NCBI GenBank assembly: GCA_036172245.1
Contig: JAYWIR010000021.1
Location: 2,852,001 to 2,916,000, forward strand
DNA: 64,000 bases
Direction of reading: 5' to 3'
From: Raillietiella orientalis
Taxonomy: Eukaryota
Position numbers and translations under genes: made by a program. The stretch's first letter is position 1, and the number at the start of each line of letters is the position of its first letter. Positions 46,201 to 57,800 of the stretch are shown in pieces. The notes beneath the pieces were generated by a model that did no database searches, was not told where the DNA came from, and was given only the letters and a program-made list of their open reading frames with translations.

Positions 46201-49200
46201 GCAACTACTTGAGAGATTGGACCCGTGTTGCAGCTAGTCAAGTCGGATAAAGAGACAAAAGCATATGCTAATTTCCTTCTGGGTCCCCAAATGGGAAAGT
46301 TCGAACTTTTTGCTTTGCTAATCCTGCCTGGTGCAGCCTCCGTTCCTGCTGCTTTTCAGGTAAAGCCTGTGCTGCCAAAGCGATGGATGCGAGAGAACAG
46401 AACGCAGGGAATTTCGCAGCTACTGACGAAATTCCGAAGGTCTGTCAGTGGTTCTTACGAGCATAAAATTGCAGTTTGATAAAGGAGGACTCTTTTCCAA
46501 GTCGCTACGAGGAGGCAGACTGCATTTTGAAATTGGCGTGCTGGCACCCTCACAAGTTCGTAATTTTATGGTAGGACAAGTCATGGTTATTAATGAGCGA
46601 CCTTTTGATCATACGAGTAAATCTTGTAGCAGTTCATGGAGCTGCCTTCATCATTCTTGTTTCGGGCATCATTGGTGTCTCCCGTGCCTTTGAGCTTTGG
46701 TGCACCTCCGCATTCCTATTGGAAACCATTCGGTTTAAACGTCAGAGGAAGGTATCATTGCAAATGAATTATATCAAGGAAGCTATGCCGAGAAGACATC
46801 TAGATTTCTATAAAGTGTCTCATCATATCAAAGATGAAAGCTGTGTCCCCTTCGCCTCTAGGTATCTCATCCTATCAGTTCTGACATGATGCTTGCAGTG
46901 CAGCTCTCGTAGGAGATTTGACAACCAGTCATAGGCTGTTGAAGAACAGTAAGAGACGACATCCCCTTCGCTCTGGACACTGGAAATTCCTCTATTTCCG
47001 GGATAGTCTGATTCTCAGCCACCAACTCCCAGGTTTTCAGGGTAATGTCTTCAGCTGAGTCGCCAGCTCATCACACTTTTTCATAATCTCAGTCTGGTTG
47101 TTGGGAAATCTAATGAGAATGTGATCTGGGGGTTCTTTCCATCTTCTGAGCCTTCTGCACACGCGACCAACGCAGCCCTGAAGGCAGCGCCTTTGCTGAG
47201 TGAGGTTGGTTCTGGAAGGTTGAGTCTTGCTGCATGAATACATCTACAGTCTGGGAATTGAAGGTGTTAACCACTGGAGGATAAATTCCTGGAAGAATGA
47301 TGCTCGATGCATGACGTGGCCTTCCTTTCGTCCAAGCGTTTTCCAATGGGCGTGAGTTCCACGCTGCCATGTGCTGAATTGAGCCCAGGCTCGAAGTAAT
47401 TTTCTTTCTCAAATGGACACCAAATGCGATCTTGAGTATTTCTTTTCAAAAGTCCATTCGGAAAGTCAACCAATTCATTCTACTTTTTCCACAGTTCTAG
47501 GTAGGAGCTGGCTGTTCAATGTCTGGGTTAGTCGATTCATCTGAAGTTGGAGGCTTGGAACAAAATCACCTTCATACTCATTCCAAGACCTTGGGTTTAT
47601 GAACCTTCTAGCATTTTAAGGCCCACATGTTTGTGGCCTGCAAGTTGGCAGAAAGAACCCATAAAGTTCCTATGAACAGCTTGCATTGCATGGGGGTGCC
47701 ATCAGCGACTGCGCTTCTAAAAAAAAAAAGCTAAAAAGAAAATGCCTTTAGACGACATGGAGGGAGATTGTACGGTCTTCATAAGAACGATCCATCTTGT
47801 AAATTGTCAATTCAGTAAACTGTGGTTTATCATTTTACATCCTTTTTATTTCCGCTGTACAGCTGTTTGAGTCTCAAGAAGTCATTAGTTTGTTCTTTTG
47901 AACACGTGTTGTCATGGATGGAAGCAAAGACAGAATGTGTTTAAGATCTCTAAATTATTCCTAATTACTAATAAAGAAGATTTACAGGATATAGAGGAAC
48001 CAGTTTTTCAGTATGAACTGCAAGATGCCTTTCATGTTAGATTCCTGGCAATGTTTGCCTAATAAATCAATCCGAGGTTCGGTCGCACTTTCGAAAACGG
48101 GAATTATTACTGATAAAATTACGTATTTGTACTTGGAATGTTTGCAATGTGATTTGTTCGATCATGCAGGTGTAACTCAACAGAAGAGGCACTGCAGCAT
48201 CCCCTAATTGAATTGGAATTCTTTATCAATTCGAAGCGTTTGCTAAATATTTCAAAGATGGGAAACACGATCCACGAAAAAAAGGATTTAGACGCAAGGA
48301 ACCAATAAGCACGGCTTTGAGGAGCTCGGGAATTTCAAATTCTAAGATGAGGCAGGCTGATTTGAACAGAATCTAAGAAAGCAGAGAACCGCAACTGAGA
48401 TCCTGTCTGTAGTTCCCAGTGCTACCCATATTCGATTGTGCATTGGACCAAGATGAAAATCATCATCTGCTAAAGAGTGGACTGAAGACGGAGAAATGGC
48501 ATCTGCACCACGAGGAAGGCAAGAATGGTGTTTGAAATGACTGTGGAATAGCAGAAAAGGTGAACTTTTGTGGTCACAGGTCAGAGGATCTTAGGTCACA
48601 GGATTCCAAAGCAAGCTTTCCGAATTCTGGGAGGAGCTCAAAAAGACCTTATCTTGTTGCCATCGTTAACTGAAGGCATGGGCTTTCATCAGGCAGGAGG
48701 ATCCGAAAACTATAAGCGAGCGCGCAGGGTTAACAGGAAATCAAAAGGAGAGCCTATTATCACGATCCATGGTTTTTGGGGTTGAAAATTTCGTTTCCAT
48801 AATTGTGCTCTCGTCACTGCAAATCGTGAGAATAAGTGCGTGAAGAACGATAATTGCCTTTAGAAGAATTTTTTTCTCTTCCTCGTGCTTTTCGAAGACC
48901 GCAAATTTCTTCATCCACTTTTACGGACTCTGCTATTATCTACAAAGAGCGTTCAAGGATCTTTAAGAAGACTTTCCTAAAGGCAGTAAGAAATTTTAGA
49001 AGCAATTTAACAGACCCGTTAGGTGTTTCCTCCTGAGGAAGAATATGGAAAACCGAGCGCAAGTGCATTCTACGAATTTCCTGGAACCTCACGATCGTGA
49101 TGACCTCACGGGTTTCAGGTGTGGTCCGACCCCCTTCTCGCCGTCGAAACCCGACTGTCTCATTTCGCATCGTATTCTTTAGGAATTTTCCCGTTTCGCT

Positions 49201-50839
49201 TGCAGTCGGATGTTCAGCTCATCTGCATTTCAACTGGAGAAGGGAACCGAAAACTCTTATCAGAGTGGAATCGCATGCAGCATCCGAAAGCCGTGGCATC
49301 CCCCCTTGATTTTTGCCCGGCATCACGTGAAAAGGAGGCAGCTGAAAAATTCGGGGCAATTTGAAACGCTCAATCTCCAAATGAAGACAGCTGATAACGA
49401 GCGCATCGATTAATCACGGTACTTTATCGACAGCTTCCGAGGCACTTGAATAGCAATCAGCTAACACTAAAAAAATCGAGTTACAAGTTCTAAGTTAGTT
49501 ATAAGTCAATCATTAACTTCGTTGGCTGGCCGGTCATAAATTACGGTGCAGGTCCTCTTACGAAAGTTTACCTGCGAGTTTCGGATAAACATCTCCTGAG
49601 ACACCCTCTCTGCTGGGGAGGAGAAGTGGGGGGGAGGGGAAGGGAAGAAACTGAAGAAAATTTATTCGAGAATGCTCTCTCGAATTTTGTCCGAGTGCAT
49701 TGCCTCGGAAACGCTTCCCTTCGACGGTTCCGATTCAGAAAGACGAACCCTTGAGAATAGGGGGTTTCTATTCTTCCAGTGTTTAAGGGACGCGGTCTTG
49801 AGGAGGCTTCGAAAACAGTTGAGAGTGGTACTGCGATCTGTGCTTGCGAAACCTGCTGCTCAGAGAATCGGATCCTCTTCAAGGAAGTGGACGCGGGATT
49901 CTTCGGTTCCCGGCTAGGGGGGTTCCGATTCTGCTCCAGGCAGGTGATTGTGTTCTTCGCCAGTGGGGATGGAAACGCGTCCAGGCAACTTGGATCAATG
50001 TGAAAACCAGGAGCCATAGAAACGGGCGGATACAATACGCCGCAAACCGATGGGAAGTCTTTTTCAAGAGGGACCTGGACCTCTTGCCTGCGCCTGCTGA
50101 GGATCTTGCAGATTGGGTGAACTGCTTCTCTCCCCCCCTCCCCTCCTTATTCTTACATCCGGATGCGTTTCCAAGAGCCTTTTTAGATATCCGGCCGTGT
50201 GTGCTTGGATCTGGTTTTCACCTCCCACGTTGTTGAGGCTCCAATGGCTCAAACTGCAGTTCAAAGGTTCTTCCACGTCCTATTGGAAAGAAGGGATCAT
50301 ATAGAATGTGACTGAATAGAAGGACCGGTAATCAATTCAAAAATCTTCGAGGTGATGGTTGACAGCTCTGGAGACGGATTTTTTTTTTTTTCTCTCTTCC
50401 TCCTAGGAAGACCGATTTTCAGCTTCACATACCAGCAAGCATAATAATAAGATGTAATGGCGTATCAGAAGTGGTGGAACGCAATAGCATTCGTAGCAAG
50501 TAGGACTGGTGCATTCTATAATTAGAGCTAACCGCTTCGAGGGAGAAAGCAGAAAAGACCTCACCCCTTCCCCCCCAAAAAAAAAAATATCCAGGAAAAA
50601 TTTCGTTTTTTTTTTTCCCACTGGAAATGGGAATCTACTCCCGAACTCAGAAGCATCAATGGCTTCATATTTAGCGAGTCAAGCAGAAGGCCCGTGGCAA
50701 AACAGAGGACGATGCTGTGTGGATGGGGTTTGCACCCTTTGTGAGGGATCGTCTTCATTCGCTTACATAATTCATAAACGAAATGTCAAAAAAGATCGAG
50801 CTGCATCAGTCGCAGCTTGATTAAAAAGGAAGACACCAC

Positions 50840-50844
50840 AAAAA
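50840..50844 (-). terminator. RNA polymerase III terminator (T5) of tRNA-Glu
   Basis: TTTTT on the minus strand about 10 nt downstream of the tRNA 3' end. Confidence 0.75.
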
Positions 50845-50853
50845 CGCCAGCGT

Positions 50854-50925
50854 TTCCCATGCCGGGAATTGAACCCGGGCCTCCTGGGTGAGAGCCAGGT
50901 ATCCTAACCACTAGACCACATGGGA
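50854..50925 (-). tRNA. tRNA-Glu (anticodon CTC)
   Basis: Minus strand reads TCCCATGTGGTCTAGTGGTTAGGATACCTGGCTCTCACCCAGGAGGCCCGGGTTCAATTCCCGGCATGGGAA (72 nt). It has a 7-bp acceptor stem, A-box TGGTCTAGTGG, anticodon arm CCTGG-CT-CTC-AC-CCAGG and T-arm CCGGG-TTCAATT-CCCGG. Confidence 0.97.
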
Positions 50926-53900
50926 CTACGGGTAAGTTTTCCGCTACGAGAACATTAAACGAGCTGTACGAGTTGCAGAGCGCGGGGATGTGCCGTTGGA
51001 GCTGCCAGCGGGCATTGTGAACACTTCGTCACGGAACTTTTGCGCTCACTGAAGAGCTCCGCCAATCTGTTTCACCGCTCGAAGCATCGGGCTGGAATTT
51101 TTATTTCTCCCTTGGTGTTTCCACTTGCAGCCCCTGAATTCTGGATGCAATTTCAAATCTGAATCCTCCCATGCTGAGGATTCGGACAGAAGATGCAACA
51201 GGGAATTTCGGAAGAGTCGATTGCTCCGCAGCCCAGTTTCCTTTGGCACGATCTCGGCTCATCTGGATCCAGCGATGGATCCAGATGATGGACGGAACAC
51301 CTGTAAACCCGTCATCCTGGATACTGCTAAAGCTGACACTGTGTTTACCTCACGGAACATCGCAGCTGAAGCCAGTAGGACTTTCTAAATCCACGTCAGG
51401 GAGGCATTTCAAATATCGAGTCACCATCACACTTGCGTGAGGGTTGAGTAACGATGTCCGTTTACTCTTTTGGATGAGGAAGAGATCAAAAACAAAAACA
51501 AAAAAAGCAGTCTTATTGTTTTCGAAAAAGAAAAAAAGAAGGAGCGAGAAGGTGCTAATAGACAGCACATTCTGCGACTAAATTGGCTTTTATGATTCGA
51601 TATCTTCCATCTCTCTCTCTTTTCCCAGATTCCCTCGCTCGAGTCTTCGAGATTTTAAATTTCGGAGTGCTTCCTGGTCGCTAGGGACCGAATATTTTGC
51701 ACTTCTTGAAAACTCCAGCGACTGGGTTGACGTAATTGTCTCCCAGAGGATTTGAAACACGGTTGGTGGAATTACTGATCCAGAAGGGACAAAAACCAGG
51801 AGAGAATCCAGCAGTGGGATAATTAGCCGCTAACCTCCGACTGATTGGATGCTCTTCGGATGTGCTCCTAAAGAACCTGATGGCCCCGCTAAGCCTCCTT
51901 AGCTCCCGAGGGCACTTCTGACTTCTTCAGGTGCTCTGCTTGCTGCCTCAGAGTCTGCAACTGAGAGCTGCATGCACTCTTGCCAGTTCCTCAGAATGAA
52001 GTCCGTTTCGTCTCGGTGTCAGCCTGCAGGCATCCGGACGTTTAGGAGAAAGGGTCCATCACCGCTCTCGTAGCAACAGATGCCTGTCTTTGCTCCTTTT
52101 CCCCCTTTTCACTCTGTAGAGCGACAAGTTCCTCCTCGTGCAACATTCTAGAGGCACAGAACAAGCAACCTTTTCAAGGTCATCTCTCGTGACGATGAGC
52201 TTCTTCTTCCGGCTTGCGCATTTCATTGGATCTCCCCAAACAAGAGCAACTGCTCGAACTGAGAACTATTTAGAGCATCCGTTTGAATAATTGTGTGGCT
52301 ACCCAAGGATAATCGGAATATTGTATGGAACCGCTTGAGTGACTTCAAGCTGGGGCTTACCCGGGGCAAAGCTGTGGTTTCCAACATCAGGGGAAATACC
52401 GGCCAAGTTTGAAAGCCAGAAACAGCTTCCAGGGCTCCTGATCTTCTTCGCTGGTGTGAATTCACATTCCGAGATTCATGAGCGTCCCGCCCTCTCCTTT
52501 CTAAAACGACCGGAGATTCCGGAGCTGAATGCTTCGTTCCGATCGATCTTCACAAGTGCTCCAGCTTTTGCTATGATTTTTTCCATCCCACGTACTCGAT
52601 CCATTTTCCTGCACCAGCGATTCGATTCCTATTCATTTTTCAGAATACTCAAAGAGTTCTCTCAGCATTATCGTGATGCTCTGTCCTTCTCTCTCTGATC
52701 TTCATCTCAGTATCGCCCTTCGATGTGTGGGCCGAGCTAGATGACCCGAAGATGCGGGAAGTCATTATGATTTGCAGTCGGAGGGCAAGAACCTTCCGAA
52801 TTCGGGAATGCAGAGTCATCCAGACACTCACCGATACCCCTATCCAGTCTTGCAGCCGTTATTATCTTCGGGTTTCCTTGGCCATCGACCAGGGCTTCCT
52901 TTGTCGAATTTCATTCTTCGTAGAGTTGTCTTCCTGTAAAGATGGCAGGGCAACAACGAATTTTTCAAGGATGCCGAGGACGAAACGTGCGTCAGCTAAG
53001 AGAAGTCTGCTTTGCAAAGGCTTGTTCCGTCCAATTTTCTTTTCCGATTCTCTTTGAAATTGCCTTCTGTCCTGTTAGCTGCAAGCTGTTCCTAGGAGAC
53101 GTCCTCCCCTAAGATTTTCGAGGCTTGTTTGTTTTGAAGAAGTCTCTGTGAAACAGCGCAGAGTCCAAACACCTTGGAGGAGGTGAGTCATCTCTCTGAC
53201 GGCTACTGCTCTTCGGCGAACTTCCGGTTTGGTTGTCAAATGCTGACGTTTGAACGCATTTCGAAAGCATTTTCCGGAAGGATTTGATGTGACTAGCCTT
53301 TTGCTCTTTGACCTGTGAAGAGTCACTTGATATGGTTTCTTTCGGCCAAACAAAATTTCAGATGATGGCCAAAGAACCGGATTAAAAAGTTATTTGAATC
53401 TTTATCTCGACAGGCTTTTTCTTGATCTCGAAGGAAACAGAGTAACGAAAGCGTTGGAAGACAGGGGAATAAGTTTCCCAGGCAACTTGAGAATAATTGC
53501 AGAATTAGAAGAACAAGCAGCGGGAGCTCTACAAACACGAAGGACCACGGAGATTCACGCAGAAACCTAATGAACTCACTCGACTACCGACTTACGAACT
53601 TTTGAAAACATCCGTGTGGCGGCTTATTTTAGTCGATGGGAAAATTCCTCTCGAGTGAAGACAGATCGCAAATGATGCAAGAGCATCCTCTTCTGAGAGG
53701 AAGCTTAAGGAAGATGAAAAATGAGCAGTTTTCAGACTATGAGATCATGAAAGCATTGGCAAGACTTTGGTTCTTCCTCCTGGTATGAGCCGACGTGAGC
53801 TCCTCCTTCCATCAGTCTACTTTTGTGAAAGAGGCTGACTTCAGGGAACTTACAGGAATGGAAGGCAGGATGGGAATAGAAGTGTGGATGTAGTGCGTGC

Positions 53901-54839
53901 GTTTTTCAAATTAATCTGAAAGCAGGAATAAACCAAATTACAGAAAACTGGAATCATGTGAGAGCAAACAACTGGGGATCTTGTCCTTGCTGCAAACAAT
54001 CTTCGAAACAATTACAGAAAATGAAGACAGACTGTCGTTGCTTTTATCGCAGCCAGACGCAGAATAGATTGTCGGAGTCCTTTCCAGGCGTGAACACATT
54101 ATGGCATCCCTGAAACAGGCTGCTGTTACCAAGACAACGGTTTGGGATGCGATATTTTAAGCTTTCATTTCTATCGTTGGAAAATAAGGTTTGCGGTTTT
54201 TCTCTTAGAGAAATTCACTCTCATGTCGCAATTACACTTATACCAATCAAATGAAACGCATGTTTCGGTTCGTCCCAATGCCGCTTGTGAAGTACATACG
54301 GATGTAGAAAACGCAAAAGCAGCGTTCTCTAAAACATTTGGATTTTGTGGCTCCAGGATGTGCTCATAGGAAACCTTCAGAATGATCTTTCTTGAGACCT
54401 CTCCGACATCTGATGCAGCCTCAGAACTTTCACGATGGAATTTGCTTGTTACTGTTGCTTAGCACCGCTCTATCCATAGCAAATTATGAGCAACCAAGCA
54501 ATTTCAATAAGTAGGGCGTTGCATACTTTAGTTTTTCACTTTGATTTGGCTGAACGCGTTGAACCGTGTAGTTGGTGCGTGTCTCGAGCAAACGAAGTAC
54601 CAGGGCAATACCTTGTGCCAGGGAAGCTGACCTGGACCTCCAAACACTTCAGCACAAAAAAACCCTTCGTTTGGCACACAACTCGAGGAACTGGACTTCG
54701 TTAACAAGAGCTCTGCAGTCCATAGAAACCTGAGAAGAGAGAGTTAACAGCAGACAGAATACCAAATACTCTGCTTAAGAATTCATCCACCCTCTGAAAC
54801 TGCTGAATCTTCCACCAGATGAAACGAGAACATAGTAAA

Positions 54840-54871
54840 ACACACACACACACACACATACACACACACAC
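54840..54871. repeat. (CA)n microsatellite with one interruption
   Basis: acacacacacacacacacatacacacacacac. Confidence 0.9.
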
Positions 54872-57800
54872 GCTCTTTTTCGTGTTCGAAATGGACACCG
54901 ATCTCAACACAATTTTCGGATATTTGTGTAATAAACCGGATGAGGATTGGGGTAAAAGTGGAATTACAATGCTACCAACTGAAAGTTGTACGCTCTTTTC
55001 ATTCAGTGAATAATCAGTTTTCATGACTTTAGAAGAATCATAATCAGAAAATGGTCTACAGCACTGTTCAAACCTCCAACAGATGATTGCACGTCTCTCT
55101 TCCTCTCTTGAGTGGCTGCTATCATGGTGAAGAATTCTGCTTATCGCAGCAATCTCAAATCTTGACCTTTACAAGGAATGGCACAAAAAAATGCTTCATT
55201 AAGAAGACTTTTGTGCTAATAGGATTCCTGGATGATTAATATTCTTGAATTGGTGATGTTCGATTAATCCTAAATAAAACATGAATTCTGTAAGGTTATG
55301 ATGAAAGCAGCATTAAATCACTCAAGATCTTTTTTCTTCTTCAACTTTCTTCAGCTGACGGTTCGCAAGCTAGACAAGCGTGTCCTCCAGCATAGGAATG
55401 GAAATTATCAGTACCTACGCCTATATCAGTACGACTTCTACCATTTTCCTTGTCTTAATCTGGATTCGCATGTAGATTTCAAGAAGACATAAGTTCAGAA
55501 GTGGCAATCGTCCATTTGGCTGCTGCAGTGCACGAGATCCTTATTATCCTTATTTCGTTTACTTTTGCACCATGACCGCTCTTTGGTTCCCTTCATTTCT
55601 TCGCACTCTTCTAGAAGTCTCAAGTTCAATCTTCGTTTGGGAGTCTGGAGTTCCATGACAAAAATAAAGGAGCTAAACTCAGTTCTGAATCTAAACCAAA
55701 ATCCAGGTGAGTTCTTGCATCGATAATGAGTGCTTCTTCCGATGTCAAAACAATCTAATCCTTCGGGAGGAGCATTTCAAAACCCATCTGCACCTTGCTT
55801 TCCGAAGTACAATCTGATCTCCTATTTTCGTCACCCCGCAAAACCCCATCTATTCCAGATTAAGAAGGTCCACTATCCCTATGATATGGATAGGGTAGCG
55901 TGGACTGATCTAAGAGAACTTTTGTGGATGAACTAATCCATACAAATCACTAGAAAATCATTCCTCGGAAAGCCCCTCGATAATAATTCTATTTCGAGCT
56001 CCGAGTTCTTCTCTTTGTAGCATTTGACATATTTTATTTTTTGTCCAAATCTCTCAAGACATTAAAATCATTGCTCTTTCGAGAAGGCTGCTCTGGAAAC
56101 TAGGAATGTTCTTAGTTATTCTTTAGCCGTCTAGAAGATTTGAAACTAAAAGAGCACTCATCGCTGAAGAAAGACGGCAGCTCAAGAAGGACTCCATCCA
56201 ACTTGAAAATTAGACACATCTGTGAAGGGAGCACCTTAAACGGTGAGATGATCTTCAAAGAGCACAACTACACAGAAGTCTGCCTCCTTCTCAAAGTAGC
56301 ATTAGGAAAACTTCGATGAAAGAAGTAAGAAAGGTATCTCCACGGATGCCAATGCAGCTCCTAACAAAAGAGAGTAAAAGAAACGGATGTTTTCCACGGT
56401 AGACAACAAAAAAATGCGTCAAAAATTCTGGCAAAAGAAGTGTGTGAGCTTCCCAGTGTATGAGCTGAATGTGAATGTGGAAAGTGATGAACATATTTTA
56501 AAAAAGATGAACTTTTCGAGGCGTCGGAGAGATGAATCGAGAATGAGATGAAATGAGAATGACACTGCATTGCCTTCAGATAAGGATAGAGTGATCTACT
56601 CTACTTTTCCAACTATGTAAGACCTGTTTATGAGAGTTATTTGTTGAAATGTGTGCTCTCTAAATAAAGCCTATCATCATAATTCTTCTCTTCACCCTGC
56701 CATCTATAAACGGCATTCTTCTCGGCCTCCCACACCTCATACTCTAATTCCTATCTTGATGTCTCATGTCACAGAAAAAATTGAGCCGCCTTTCTCATAC
56801 TCTGACAAGTTTGTGATTGAGAAGGTTTCCTTGACGTTTCCATGGTGTTGTCTGTGGCCGTGAGATGTTACATTGCTTGATCTAGAGTTCATTTCCTTCT
56901 CTCGATCTGGAGAGGGAAAAAACGAGCGAGTTTCCGGTGGTCAGAGAGGTTCTCTCAGAGGAAACTCAGGAAAACACCCCCTCAAGAAACGCTTCCCTTT
57001 ATCCGAGAACTCCCACCTCCGACACCTCATGGGGAGGTGGGAGAGGAAGGGGAGGGAGGGAGAAAGCCTGGCAGAGCACGTGGGAAGGAGCACGGGACTC
57101 CTGGAGTCCGTTCTCGGAGACCTAACCTGGGAAGCATCTTCTGAAGTAAATGCACAATGGGAAGCTGGCAAAGTGACGGCAACGGCAGGGGACACTTCAT
57201 CCCTTCTCTGCCGTGCTTTCTGGAGAGAAAGAAGCTCCTGGGACGGAACGGAAGAGCTCCCAATTTTGTGGAGTATTCAGAAGGAAGGGCTGCTGTAGGA
57301 ACGAAAGCCAAAGGAGGAACCAGAGAGAATGCACAGCGGCTAAGGACGAAAAAAGGGGACCTGATACCCTTTTTAGAGCGAACGGCGAAGCAGGAAGAAC
57401 CGGAGCAGACGAGGATTGCTTGCCGAACTGTTTTGGCGGCGAAGAATCGAGCGCATGGTCTCTACCCGGGCTTGCTGCTCCTCGCAGCAACCTAGTTGAA
57501 CGGAGCCAGTCGTGAGATGAGGCAGCTATCGCCAGATCAGGATGACTCTCTGGAAGAATGGAACGCGAAGGGGTCCTCGGACAGAGGTACTGCAAGTACG
57601 GATCTCGAAAGCTATCTAAGAACTGGAACTTGGGCATCTAAGGTTCTTTGTGCCTTCGGTCTTCATTCTCAACATGGAGCAAGTGAGAAATTCAGAGTGA
57701 GTCACGGAGAGCACGAGAGGCGCTTCGGAAGCTGCTTCTCTTTGGCAAGGACTGCCAAAGAGTTTCCTCAGAGAGAAGAGAAAGGCTCGGGGAAGTTAGC

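Noticed and set aside
51916..51938. Similarity to miR-305-5p (ACTTC-TCAGGTGCTCTG)
   Set aside because: The seed region mismatches and there is no downstream complementary arm for a precursor.
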